Below, piece by piece: positions 55,111-64,000 of a stretch of 64,000 bases of DNA. The translations under genes were made by a program, and so were the position numbers. Within the stretch, counting starts at the first letter, position 1; each line of letters begins with the position of its first letter. The notes under the pieces were generated by a model. It saw nothing but the letters and a program-made list of their open reading frames with translations. It was not told where the DNA came from and did not search any database. Origin of the DNA: a virus (taxonomy: Duplodnaviria > Caudoviricetes); the IMG/VR virus record IMGVR_UViG_3300037295_000263, positions 96,001 through 160,000 of that record. One strand, 5' to 3'.

Positions 55111-55713
55111 ATGATGGTTGAAAAAGAAATATTAAATATGCCCCGCATTTCTGTTTTTACTAACGTACTAAGCGACGAAGAATCTGACTACATTGTCGAC
55201 AAATATTCTAAAATAGGATTGAATCCAGTAGCAGGTATGGAATCGAGACAGCAAACGTATGGGCAAATTACAGAAGAAGTAGAACAACGTAGCATTAGTT
55301 GGGACACTTCAATAGAAGATAAAGATTTATTTAAAAATAAGTTGTTGCAAGCAGTAGGAATTCCAGTAAGTCATATCGAAGCTGGTGATATTTACAAATA
55401 CGATCCAGGGCAGGAATTCGGTCCACACCATGATTTTCCATACGTTCCGAAAAAAGTTCCTTATTATCAAAATGGTGGTGACAGAGCTGCTACTGCAATA
55501 TTTTGGCTTAATGACGGGTATACTGGAGGGGAGCTAATTTTTCCATTATTAGATATTCGAATAACTCCAGTCAAGAATGGATTAGTGTATTTTGAATACG
55601 ATTACGATGACGAAATATTAAACATGTCGACATGGCATAAAGCACTGAGTGTTAGGCATAATCCAAAATGGATTGCAGCATTTTTCTGTGCCAATGGCCC
55701 TCGTGTAGAGTAA
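55111..55713 (+). CDS. Prolyl 4-hydroxylase-like 2OG-Fe(II) oxygenase
   Basis: YKYDPGQEFGPHHD, DRAAT, WLND...GGEL.FP and HKALSV...KW. Confidence 0.88.
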   Translation: MMVEKEILNMPRISVFTNVLSDEESDYIVDKYSKIGLNPVAGMESRQQTYGQITEEVEQRSISWDTSIEDKDLFKNKLLQAVGIPVSHIEAGDIYKYDPGQEFGPHHDFPYVPKKVPYYQNGGDRAATAIFWLNDGYTGGELIFPLLDIRITPVKNGLVYFEYDYDDEILNMSTWHKALSVRHNPKWIAAFFCANGPRVE

Positions 55714-55714
55714 T

Positions 55715-56734
55715 ATGTATCCTAGTAAATCTTCAGTAATACATATTGAGCTTACTGACAAGTGTCAAGCTAGTTGTCCTATGTGTGCTAGAAATATCAA
55801 CGGAGGTGCCGAAAGAAACTTTGTTGGCAACAATGAAATTACACTTTCCCAGTTTAAAGCATGGTTTCCTGCAGAATTTTTATCTAACGTAGTTAATTTT
55901 TATGCTTGCGGAAATTACGGAGACCCTATTATTGCTAAAGACTGTTTGGAAATTTTTGAATATGTCAGAAGTGTTAACAACGAATGCCGATTATCTATCC
56001 ATACAAACGGTAGTGCTAGGTCTACAGAATGGTGGAAGAAATTAGCAAACGTGTTAGGCGATCACCATATGGTAACATTTGGAATCGATGGATTCTCTGA
56101 TAGTCATAAATTATATCGCAGAGGAACAGATTGGCATAAAATTATTGAAAATGCATGTGCATTTATTAGTGTCGGAGGTAAAGCAGAAATAGATTGTTTA
56201 GTTTTCAAGCATAACGAAAACGAAGTAGACGAATTCAAAAGACAAATGCTCGAGAAGGGATTCTTTAAAGTAAATTTAAAATATACAAGAAGGTTCTATG
56301 ACATGCTAGCATTTCCTGTTCAAGATAAATCTGGTAACTTTGAATACAATCTCGAGCCGGCAAGTTTTAAACAGAATGTACAATTTATACCTCTTGAAAA
56401 AATTAGTAAAGATATTAAAATATGGGAACGTACTGTTGAGGCTTCGGAAATATCTCCTAAATGCATCAGTAATAACGAAATGTACATCGATGCTCGCGGC
56501 AACGTGTTTCCTTGTTGCTGGATCGGTTCTGATTTAATAGAGGAACCGATTGTAGAAAAAATGCCAATTCAAAAATTGAGAAATTTAGTAGTAGAAAATT
56601 CTAAAGATAAATTTTCAAAATATGCAATGGGTAATCTTAATGAAACAGAAATTTCAAAAATTATTTGGTATAACTTCGACAGCTTTATAAAAAATGAAAA
56701 ACCTTGGACTTGTGTGAAAAATTGTAATGGATAA
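55715..56734 (+). CDS. Radical SAM enzyme with SPASM/twitch domain
   Basis: CQASCPMC, CGNYGDP; C-terminal PKC...PCCW...CVKNC. Confidence 0.92.
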   Translation: MYPSKSSVIHIELTDKCQASCPMCARNINGGAERNFVGNNEITLSQFKAWFPAEFLSNVVNFYACGNYGDPIIAKDCLEIFEYVRSVNNECRLSIHTNGSARSTEWWKKLANVLGDHHMVTFGIDGFSDSHKLYRRGTDWHKIIENACAFISVGGKAEIDCLVFKHNENEVDEFKRQMLEKGFFKVNLKYTRRFYDMLAFPVQDKSGNFEYNLEPASFKQNVQFIPLEKISKDIKIWERTVEASEISPKCISNNEMYIDARGNVFPCCWIGSDLIEEPIVEKMPIQKLRNLVVENSKDKFSKYAMGNLNETEISKIIWYNFDSFIKNEKPWTCVKNCNG

Positions 56735-58139
56735 AATATTTTGGCTGCAACCCGCTGAAAGTAAAATTGGTCAGTGGCAAAACAGGATAAAAACTTTAAG
56801 TAACAGTGATACATTTTGTGTGTTGCCATGGATTCATTTTGCTACTAGGCCAAATGGAGATATGCGACTATGTTGCAACAGCAACTCTAGTGGTGCTGGT
56901 GGAGATCATGAAATTGGATTAGTTAAAAATGAAACAGGGCGTCCTGCTAATTTTGGAAAAGAAACTCCAATGAGCGCATGGAACAACGACTATATGAAAT
57001 CAGTCAGAACAACCATGCTAAGTGGAAATATTCCGGCAAGCTGCAAAAAATGTTTCGACGAAGAATCTAAAGGAGTAGCCAGCAAGCGTATATGGGAAAC
57101 TGCAACGTGGGTTGAAGAAGGTATTAGCATTGAAGAGCTTGTTGCAGAAACACAACAAGACGGAACTGTTCCTGAAAAATTAGTCTACTTAGATCTCAGG
57201 CTGGGACATACTTGCAACTTAAAATGTATTATGTGCAGTCCGCACGATAGTAGCAAATGGGTAGCGGATCATAAGAAAGTATTTCCGTTATTTCAAAATA
57301 GCGAATTAAAAAGGCAAATGCAATGGGACCAATCATCATTTAATAATAAATGGCACGAAAATCCAGATTTTTGGAAAGAAATGTATTCTCAAATTCCTAA
57401 TCTTCGTCAAGTATATTTTGCTGGTGGCGAACCGTTAATGATTAAAGAACATAAAACATTTCTAGAAGAAATTGTGCGACAAGGCTATGCTGACAAAATA
57501 TTAATAAGGTATAATACAAACGGATTATTAATCGATGATGATATGATCGAGCTGTGGACTAAATTTAAAAAAGTAAAAGTAGGTGTGAGTATCGATGCAG
57601 TAGGAGAACGTAATCACTATATTAGATATCCAACTGACTGGAAAACAATAGTATCAACTTTACATAAGCTAGATAATAGTCCTATCAATATTCAAACTAG
57701 TATTGCAACAGCTATCCAAATACTCAACATTAAACATTTACCCGAGTTGGCAAAATGGAAAATACAACAAGGATTTAAAAAGATAAATTTTGAAAATGTC
57801 ACCGGCGGAATAGAAGCTGGCGGCGGTATATTCAATATGCATTTGTTGTATATACCTACTTACTTGAGTATACGATGTTTGCCCGAGCAAGATAAAATAG
57901 AAGTAAGAAAGAAGTTTGCAGAATTTGCAGATTGGTTATACAACAACTATAGAACTGACGAAGACTTTTGGAAAACTAACCCGTACGGATGGAAAAGGTG
58001 GCAGGCTATTTTAGATTTTATGAATAGTGAAGATCACACTCACTTACTTCCCGCCTTTCAAGAATATATCAACAAAATGGATTCTGTTAGAAAGATTAAT
58101 TGTAGCTACATATTTCCAGAGATTTCACATTTAATATGA
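56727..58139 (+). CDS. Radical SAM enzyme with N-terminal twitch-like domain
   Basis: FCVLPW...CCN...CKKC then CNLKCIMC and FAGGEPL. Confidence 0.92.
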   Translation: MDKIFWLQPAESKIGQWQNRIKTLSNSDTFCVLPWIHFATRPNGDMRLCCNSNSSGAGGDHEIGLVKNETGRPANFGKETPMSAWNNDYMKSVRTTMLSGNIPASCKKCFDEESKGVASKRIWETATWVEEGISIEELVAETQQDGTVPEKLVYLDLRLGHTCNLKCIMCSPHDSSKWVADHKKVFPLFQNSELKRQMQWDQSSFNNKWHENPDFWKEMYSQIPNLRQVYFAGGEPLMIKEHKTFLEEIVRQGYADKILIRYNTNGLLIDDDMIELWTKFKKVKVGVSIDAVGERNHYIRYPTDWKTIVSTLHKLDNSPINIQTSIATAIQILNIKHLPELAKWKIQQGFKKINFENVTGGIEAGGGIFNMHLLYIPTYLSIRCLPEQDKIEVRKKFAEFADWLYNNYRTDEDFWKTNPYGWKRWQAILDFMNSEDHTHLLPAFQEYINKMDSVRKINCSYIFPEISHLI

Positions 58140-59128
58140 AAAAAATTATTAAAATAGACTCTAATACTCCTTCAAATTTTTTAAGAATAGAATTATTTTT
58201 AAGTAATCTTTGTAACTACAAATGTTGGTATTGTTTTCCAGGATGTAATGAAGGAACAGTAAATTGGCCGGAATTAGAATTGTTGAAAAAAAATCTCGGA
58301 CACTTACTTAAATATTATAAAGACAAACAAAATAAAGAAGTAATACTTCTGCATATCATCGGGGGCGAGCCTACATTGTGGAGTAAATTGGGGGAATTTG
58401 TTAAGTATTTTAAAGAAATACATAATTGCTTAATTAGCATTTCAACGAACGGATCTAGGACTTATAGGTGGTGGGACGAATATGGACATTATATGGACCA
58501 CATTATGTTTAGTTGTCATCATGAAAATATGGATAACAATCATATTATAAAGGTAATGGACTTGCTATATTCCAAGGACGTTAATGTGTCTGCTATGGTA
58601 TTAATGGATGCTTATCAATGGGATAAATGTGTAAGCATTGTAGAAGATTTAAAAAATAGTCAGTATCGATGGTCAATTACAGCTATTAATTTAATCACTG
58701 ACAAGTTCAAGTACACTGATGAGCAAAAAAAATATCTCGAACATGCTGATAAAAGAATGCCAGATCTTGAGTACTGGCACCGAACTAATAAACGACCACG
58801 CGAAGACTCTACTATTACGTTCGACGATGGCGAACGACTACAAGTTAACGACAATTGGGTGGCGTTAAACAATTTAAATTATTTTTATAATTGGGAATGT
58901 TCTTTGGGTATTGAAACCTTTTATATCGACACTGACGGATACATTCGAGGAGCATGCAACCAATACTTATATAATTTAGATTATCGTTATAATATTTTCG
59001 ATTCTGATTTTACAAATTTATTTAAACCAAATATTGTTCCAGTAATATGCAAACGAGCCAATGCGTGTACTTGCCAACCAGAAATTAATGCATCAAAGAA
59101 AAAAATTATTCCTATAATTGCTTCTTAG
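58136..59128 (+). CDS. Radical SAM enzyme
   Basis: CNYKCWYC, IIGGEPT; C-terminal CSLG...AC...C...CTC. Confidence 0.92.
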   Translation: MKKIIKIDSNTPSNFLRIELFLSNLCNYKCWYCFPGCNEGTVNWPELELLKKNLGHLLKYYKDKQNKEVILLHIIGGEPTLWSKLGEFVKYFKEIHNCLISISTNGSRTYRWWDEYGHYMDHIMFSCHHENMDNNHIIKVMDLLYSKDVNVSAMVLMDAYQWDKCVSIVEDLKNSQYRWSITAINLITDKFKYTDEQKKYLEHADKRMPDLEYWHRTNKRPREDSTITFDDGERLQVNDNWVALNNLNYFYNWECSLGIETFYIDTDGYIRGACNQYLYNLDYRYNIFDSDFTNLFKPNIVPVICKRANACTCQPEINASKKKIIPIIAS

Positions 59129-59999
59129 TTATTGGAATATCTGCTGCACAAGTGCAATAATTCCTATCGCATATAACAGGCTCAATAGGTAAAATAAAAC
59201 TACTTTGGTAAATATTTCCCAAGCTGCCTCCGACTCTGCAAGTAGCACGATGTACATCACCATCCCAATTTATCATAAGACTTTCTATACCCGCATTGCA
59301 TGACCAGCCTTTATACTTGTTTAAATGTAATTTAATTATATCGTTGGCATGGATAGTTTGTGTTCCATCAATTACACAATTACCCTGCACGGTTGCATCT
59401 TGTTCTTTAATCCATTTTAAGTCATCTGGATGGTATCGCATATCATCAAACAAGTCGTGATCACCTTCAGTCCAGCGTATACGGCGAACGGTGCTAGGAA
59501 TTTCAGCTAGTAAACACCTAGCACGTAACTGCATTACAGCATCCATGTAATCGTGGTGTGCCATAATCTGTGCTATTACTTTTGTTTGAGTTAAATCTAC
59601 TATACTTTCTACAGTATTAAATACACGTTTCCAGTCGTACTCTAAATGAATACTAAACACTAGTTGATCAACTTTTAGACCAGCATAAAACTCATAAGGC
59701 AATGTGCCATTAGTTGTGACACTAATCCACTCAACACCTGCATGATTACAGTGGTGTATTAGTTCTTTAAATTTAGGGTGTACACAAGGTTCTCCACCTG
59801 TAAAACTTAATCGCACAGGTTTTCCCAAAGTGATGAGTTTATCTACTGTGGATTTTAAGATTTCGATATCAGTGTGTGGACTTGTGCTATCGTGTATAGA
59901 ACTAGGGCAGTAACTGCAATCGTAGTTGCAACGCTTGCCCAGGTTCCATTCAATCTTAATACTACCCTGATGTGGCCACCTGCTGGTTACACTATGCAT
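59112..59999 (-). CDS. Radical SAM enzyme
   Basis: CNYDCSYC, FTGGEP; C-terminal CNAG...TC...CDRNYCTC. Confidence 0.92.
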   Translation of the reverse strand: MHSVTSRWPHQGSIKIEWNLGKRCNYDCSYCPSSIHDSTSPHTDIEILKSTVDKLITLGKPVRLSFTGGEPCVHPKFKELIHHCNHAGVEWISVTTNGTLPYEFYAGLKVDQLVFSIHLEYDWKRVFNTVESIVDLTQTKVIAQIMAHHDYMDAVMQLRARCLLAEIPSTVRRIRWTEGDHDLFDDMRYHPDDLKWIKEQDATVQGNCVIDGTQTIHANDIIKLHLNKYKGWSCNAGIESLMINWDGDVHRATCRVGGSLGNIYQSSFILPIEPVICDRNYCTCAADIPITKKQL

Positions 60000-61257
60000 A
60001 CGGTTTAAACTCTGGTATTGTTTCTAATAAATTTTGATTCCTGGTAGCATCTAATTGGTAGTTAAATTCTAAAAAATCTGGCCACAGATTAAATTGGTCT
60101 CTGGATTCGAGATAATTTATATTATCTCGAATTTGTTGTTGTGTTATGATTTCAAGCAACGGATATTTTGTAACAGCTTCCCAGGTGTTTACTTTTAAAC
60201 TAACTGCTTTTAATCTGTCTATTGCAATTATCTTTAAATCTGCAGGTAGCACTTGTGCCGATAGACAATTTGGATAACTCACTCTATGACTGTAAAATAC
60301 AATGCCCATCTTGTTAATAAAATAATCAATGCATTCCGCAGCTTGCAATATATTTCCAGCTTGGGCGGTGAACGCACCTACTACTCTACTTACATTGGGG
60401 ATTTTTTTTATTTCTTTAATGTTCTCTTCCACTTGAGAAAAGTCACCGTTGCCGCGAATGTAATTATAAACATCATGAATGCCGTCAATGCTGACATTAA
60501 CTGCAACACTTTTGAAATGTGGCCAATAGTCATGGACGGTTCTTCCTTTACTAATGCCTAGAGTAGTTCCATTAGTAGCATATTTAATTTCGATATTTTT
60601 ACCATAGGGTTTCAACATGTCCAATATACGGTAATGTTGCGGATCCATTAATGGCTCGCCTCCTGCAAATTCTACCCTTCTAAAATAAGGTAATAATTTC
60701 TTAAAGCTATCCCACCAGTTATCACTATCGTCAAACGCTCCTATATATTGTCCAGGCGATTTAACAAGCTTTTCAATTGTAGGCACAAGGTAATTATTTT
60801 CTTTTTTATAAAAAGGAACTACTTTGTTCCAATCTTTCCAATTAGTGCTATCTAACGGATTGCACATTCGACATTTAAGATTGCACAAGTTGTTTAGTTT
60901 AATTTCCATTGTAGGAAATTCAAATGGCATCGAGTAGTCTTCTCGTAATGTATCTAAAGCATTGGGATACAAATTAATCCTAGCTTCGGGTATAATACCT
61001 TTTATGTGACGTTGACGTAGACTTTCTACTCCTTGGTCTTCTAGATCAAAACACGGTTTGCATACATCTGCACGTTCTCCGCATAAGACTTTTTTTCGTA
61101 CATCTTTAATAATGTCGTTATTCCAAATTTCTTCCAAAGTATTATCTTGAATGTTTCCAATTGGCGCACTTCGACAACAGACTTTAACAGCCCCGTCTTC
61201 CCTTGTTGCTAATCCAGTAAACGGATGCATACAAAATGTTTTACTTTGTTTGTTCAA
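59992..61257 (-). CDS. Radical SAM enzyme with N-terminal twitch-like domain
   Basis: FCMHPF...CCR...CKPC then CNLKCRMC and FAGGEPL; probable TTG start ~61257 overlapping the upstream stop (ORF track gives 61308). Confidence 0.9.
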   Translation of the reverse strand: MNKQSKTFCMHPFTGLATREDGAVKVCCRSAPIGNIQDNTLEEIWNNDIIKDVRKKVLCGERADVCKPCFDLEDQGVESLRQRHIKGIIPEARINLYPNALDTLREDYSMPFEFPTMEIKLNNLCNLKCRMCNPLDSTNWKDWNKVVPFYKKENNYLVPTIEKLVKSPGQYIGAFDDSDNWWDSFKKLLPYFRRVEFAGGEPLMDPQHYRILDMLKPYGKNIEIKYATNGTTLGISKGRTVHDYWPHFKSVAVNVSIDGIHDVYNYIRGNGDFSQVEENIKEIKKIPNVSRVVGAFTAQAGNILQAAECIDYFINKMGIVFYSHRVSYPNCLSAQVLPADLKIIAIDRLKAVSLKVNTWEAVTKYPLLEIITQQQIRDNINYLESRDQFNLWPDFLEFNYQLDATRNQNLLETIPEFKPYA

Positions 61258-62011
61258 TTGCCCACTCTCTTTCTTTGCACCAAAAGCACTTTCCACATAC
61301 TGGAACAAGCTGATGGTGTAGATAATTAGTATAATCTAATCCTTCAATTATGCCTTCGCAACTACGAGTAATTGACAATAAATCAGTGATTCCTAAACGG
61401 GAATATTGTTTTATAATCCAATCTTTAGTTGTAAATCTAAATGGATGACATGCAATTATACCTAAATGATTCATTATAGTCAAGTGAAAGTTTTCTTTAC
61501 AAGGTTCTGCATCTCTAGTAGGCATTCCTCCCGAAACTACAGGTGGATTTTTTGTAACAGCATTAAAGTATGCAGGAATATCGTTAGTAGTGCATACATA
61601 TTCAGTAAATGCTCTTAACTCTATGTTATCTCCACTAACTAGCTTTCCGTACTCATCTAGCATAGTCGGTCCGGTATCTCCCCATTCAAACTCCGGAGGT
61701 ATAAAATTTTTATGTAAAAAAAATTTAATATTGGTAAATCTATCATTAAAATACGTAACAACTTCTGCTGCAATATGTTGTTGCCACGGTTTTGTCTTCC
61801 ATTCTCGTATACTGTTAATGAAATGAACTTCTACTGACAAATCGAATTCTGTTATTATTTGACATATTAAAAATGCCAACATCGCACTGTCTGCGCCACC
61901 GCTTAACGCAATGCTTACTTTTTTCCAAGATTTGTCGAAAGGAATTATTTGTCCGTCTATTTCGTGCATAATTTTATTGTACGGACTATCATTATATAGT
62001 TGTTGTATCAT
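61241..62011 (-). CDS. QueC-like PP-loop ATPase (7-cyano-7-deazaguanine synthase-like)
   Basis: IALSGGADS PP-loop and TRSC...CGKCFWC Zn motif as in QueC; start reassigned to 62011. Confidence 0.7.
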   Translation of the reverse strand: MIQQLYNDSPYNKIMHEIDGQIIPFDKSWKKVSIALSGGADSAMLAFLICQIITEFDLSVEVHFINSIREWKTKPWQQHIAAEVVTYFNDRFTNIKFFLHKNFIPPEFEWGDTGPTMLDEYGKLVSGDNIELRAFTEYVCTTNDIPAYFNAVTKNPPVVSGGMPTRDAEPCKENFHLTIMNHLGIIACHPFRFTTKDWIIKQYSRLGITDLLSITRSCEGIIEGLDYTNYLHHQLVPVCGKCFWCKEREWAIEQTK

Positions 62012-62016
62012 GATAA

Positions 62017-62024
62017 TATTTACA
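62017..62024 (-). promoter_or_regulatory. Late promoter, leaderless configuration
   Basis: TGTAAATA-TTATC-ATG (62011). Confidence 0.65.
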
Positions 62025-62038
62025 CAGGATCGACAGTG

Positions 62039-62046
62039 CATAAATA
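62039..62046 (+). promoter_or_regulatory. Late promoter, leaderless configuration
   Basis: CATAAATA-TTTTC-ATG (62052). Confidence 0.65.
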
Positions 62047-62051
62047 TTTTC

Positions 62052-62720
62052 ATGTTATCTAAAACTATTCACACTGTGCCATTATCTATAATAGATAATG
62101 CTATTGAAGAAATGCCTTTAGTAGATTTTAAAATGCCATTAAATGCGCCTTCTGGGAATTTCTTCTACGATCCCTGGCATATTCGCCCTGAATTTGTAGG
62201 ATCTATATGGGAAACTATTTTAAATACTTTACCTTTTGATTTAGGGGAAGCACGCATTATTAAATTAGAACCTGGAAATAGTTATCTAAGCCACGCTGAC
62301 ATAGACGATAGATGGCACTTGTCATTGACTGGAAATAGATCATATTTAATTGATCTAGATAGCCATAAGGTTCACTTATTAAAAAAAGACGGGATATGGT
62401 ACAAGATGAATGCTGGCAAGTTACACACTGCTTCTAACTTTGGCCAAATACCTCGATATCAGCTAGTAGTAAGAAAGCTATTAAAAAATAGCTGCTTAAC
62501 TAATGTAAAATTGGTAAAAATTGAACCTGCATACCCACAATTTGACTATCGATATACATTTGATAATACAATAAGCCCTTGGCTAAACTACGCAGCCAAA
62601 CAACATTATCTTTTAAATTTTTCAGTAAATGAATCGACAGTTCAATTTCATTTATTAGAATCTCAAATTAGTAGTTTAAATGGTATTTTAACTAATAATT
62701 TTAAAGTAACTTATGAATAA
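62052..62720 (+). CDS. Fe(II)/2OG oxygenase-like (Asp/Asn hydroxylase-type) protein
   Basis: ARIIKL.PG, SHADIDDRWH and HTASN; start reassigned to 62052. Confidence 0.7.
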   Translation: MLSKTIHTVPLSIIDNAIEEMPLVDFKMPLNAPSGNFFYDPWHIRPEFVGSIWETILNTLPFDLGEARIIKLEPGNSYLSHADIDDRWHLSLTGNRSYLIDLDSHKVHLLKKDGIWYKMNAGKLHTASNFGQIPRYQLVVRKLLKNSCLTNVKLVKIEPAYPQFDYRYTFDNTISPWLNYAAKQHYLLNFSVNESTVQFHLLESQISSLNGILTNNFKVTYE

Positions 62721-63204
62721 GGTATGCTGTATAACTGGACATACTACAGGGCTTGGAAAATTCTTATATGATTATTTTATAAATCAAGGGTGGACAGTAG
62801 TAGGATTTAGCAGATCTTCGGGATTTAATATTGAACAAGATCCTGTCAAAGTGGCAAACCTGATACAGGGTTGCGAGTTGTTTATTAACAATGCGTATGC
62901 CCACGGAGCTCAATTAGACTTAATTAATCTTACAGTAGGGCATGTTAAAAAAATGGTAGTATGCGGATCTGTTGCTGCAGACTATCCTGATCCTGCAATG
63001 GTTGAATATAGTCAACATAAAAAAATTATAGAAGATAGATGCAATGCTCTTTCTGATGTAAAAATAAATAACACTGACATATTGTTACTAAAGCTCACAA
63101 GCAGTTCTTACAAAGACTACCTTACAGTTTCTAGTACTATCAATTTTTGGTTAGATAACCCGTCTATTACCCAAATTAAATTTAATGTAAAGGAAATAAT
63201 ATGA
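62713..63204 (+). CDS. Short SDR-family oxidoreductase
   Basis: ITGHTTGLG, FINNA and YSQHK (YxxxK). Confidence 0.8.
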   Translation: MNKVCCITGHTTGLGKFLYDYFINQGWTVVGFSRSSGFNIEQDPVKVANLIQGCELFINNAYAHGAQLDLINLTVGHVKKMVVCGSVAADYPDPAMVEYSQHKKIIEDRCNALSDVKINNTDILLLKLTSSSYKDYLTVSSTINFWLDNPSITQIKFNVKEII

Positions 63205-63815
63205 AATGTGTAATAACTGGCCATACGTCTGGTATAGGAAAAACTCTATACGAACACTACACAGCATTAGGGTGGACAGTAGTTGGATTGTCGAGATCTA
63301 ACGGTTACAATATTAAAGAAAATTTTAAAAAAGTTGTAGATGCCGTACAAGGATGCGACTTGTTTATTAACAATGCTTACCGAGATCAACAACAACTAGA
63401 ATTACTAATAGCACTAAAACGTAGTGTTAAAAAAATAGTAGTGTGTGGCTCTGTTAGCAGATTGTATCCTGACCTTATTAAAACCGACTACGTAGAAGAT
63501 AAACTAGACTTATCGGAATATTGCAGGATGATGTCATTAAGTGATGATCCAACATTAGCAACGGTATTGCATTTAGATTTAAGTTTTATCGAAAGTACGC
63601 CTGTTGACTTGTCCGACCCTAATAGTTTTACTAGTGACTATTTTATTACCTATTCTCAAATAACATCAGCTATTGACTTTTGGCTATCTAATACATCAAT
63701 ACGACAAATAGAATTTACTTGGAAATTAACGCCTTTTGTTTATGAACAACTTCAACGTGCAAATACAAATACAGCACCGTTAAATAAATTGCTTGAACAA
63801 GTTAAATCCATCTAG
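63201..63815 (+). CDS. Short SDR-family oxidoreductase (paralog of the upstream gene)
   Basis: ITGHTSGIG, FINNA and YVEDK. Confidence 0.8.
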   Translation: MKCVITGHTSGIGKTLYEHYTALGWTVVGLSRSNGYNIKENFKKVVDAVQGCDLFINNAYRDQQQLELLIALKRSVKKIVVCGSVSRLYPDLIKTDYVEDKLDLSEYCRMMSLSDDPTLATVLHLDLSFIESTPVDLSDPNSFTSDYFITYSQITSAIDFWLSNTSIRQIEFTWKLTPFVYEQLQRANTNTAPLNKLLEQVKSI

Positions 63816-64000
63816 GATATTTGTTTAAACTTTCCTCAAAAGCATCAGCATCTAACTTCCATACTGTTTGTTCGAGGCCTCTGTATACTACGTTCTTTAT
63901 TCTAGCAGCTATGCCTTTTTGTTCTAACCCTGGAAAGTAGTAATTATGCACAAGTCTTTGCGACCCCATTTTACTGTCGTTAGATGTAGCATATAAATTT
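63802..64000 (-). CDS. C-terminal part of an ORF entering from the window end (possibly GNAT-like)
   Basis: Manual translation ...NLYATSNDSKMGSQRLVHNYYFPGLEQKG...YRGLEQTVWKLD...YPRWI*. Confidence 0.6.
   Translation of the reverse strand, partial: NLYATSNDSKMGSQRLVHNYYFPGLEQKGIAARIKNVVYRGLEQTVWKLDADAFEESLNKYPRWI

Noticed and set aside
49401-61257. Calling one of the radical SAMs QueE
   Set aside because: All six are longer than typical QueE and carry extra Cys-rich domains; no QueE-specific motif can be confirmed without a profile search.
1546-61826. Many short opposite-strand ORFs in the track (e.g. 1546-1731, 4112-4414, 6350-6604, 15126-15575, 18586-18999, 48985-49281)
   Set aside because: They lie antisense to well-supported genes, lack SD or promoter signals and have no motifs; shadow ORFs. 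48985-49281 simply reads across the tRNA-like element.
1-64000. Stop-codon reassignment (alternative genetic code), prompted by the UUA tRNA-like element
   Set aside because: Long conserved genes are intact in code 11, and TAA, TAG and TGA all end genes at expected positions (e.g. phoH TAG, polB TAA).
1-64000. CRISPR array or long tandem repeat
   Set aside because: No regularly spaced direct repeats were seen.

Overview
A 64-kb segment of an AT-rich, large T4-like (jumbo myovirus-type) bacteriophage genome, read in the standard genetic code. A two-component spanin lysis cassette and proteobacterial-type IscA/IscU/ErpA/FdxA point to a Gram-negative host. Contents in order: (1) a replication operon (DsbA-like protein, family B DNA polymerase, sliding clamp) running straight into a TGT/DpdA-like transglycosylase, two oxidoreductases and a T-fold QueD-like gene, suggesting 7-deazaguanine DNA modification; (2) a cluster of putative internal head proteins with T4 capsid-targeting-like N-termini, next to two Pol-beta/PolX-like nucleotidyltransferases and a HIGH-motif nucleotidyltransferase; (3) ClpA, peptide deformylase, DnaJ, lysis genes, PhoH, ferredoxin, clamp loader, GroES and a mini-DnaE fragment; (4) baseplate/tail genes including a 2187-aa fibre; (5) IscA/IscU, an HNH endonuclease, UvsE, PP-loop enzymes, QueD, ThyA and DHFR; (6) a ~14.5-kb island of six radical SAM enzymes, five Fe(II)/2OG-type oxygenases, a QueC-like enzyme, an epimerase, a methyltransferase and SDRs. 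Non-coding signals read directly from the sequence are eight TAAATA-N5-ATG late promoters that imply leaderless mRNAs, a preQ1-I-like pseudoknot in the queD leader, and an aberrant 100-nt tRNA-like RNA with UUA in the anticodon register. All functional calls come from motif recognition; no database searches were run.
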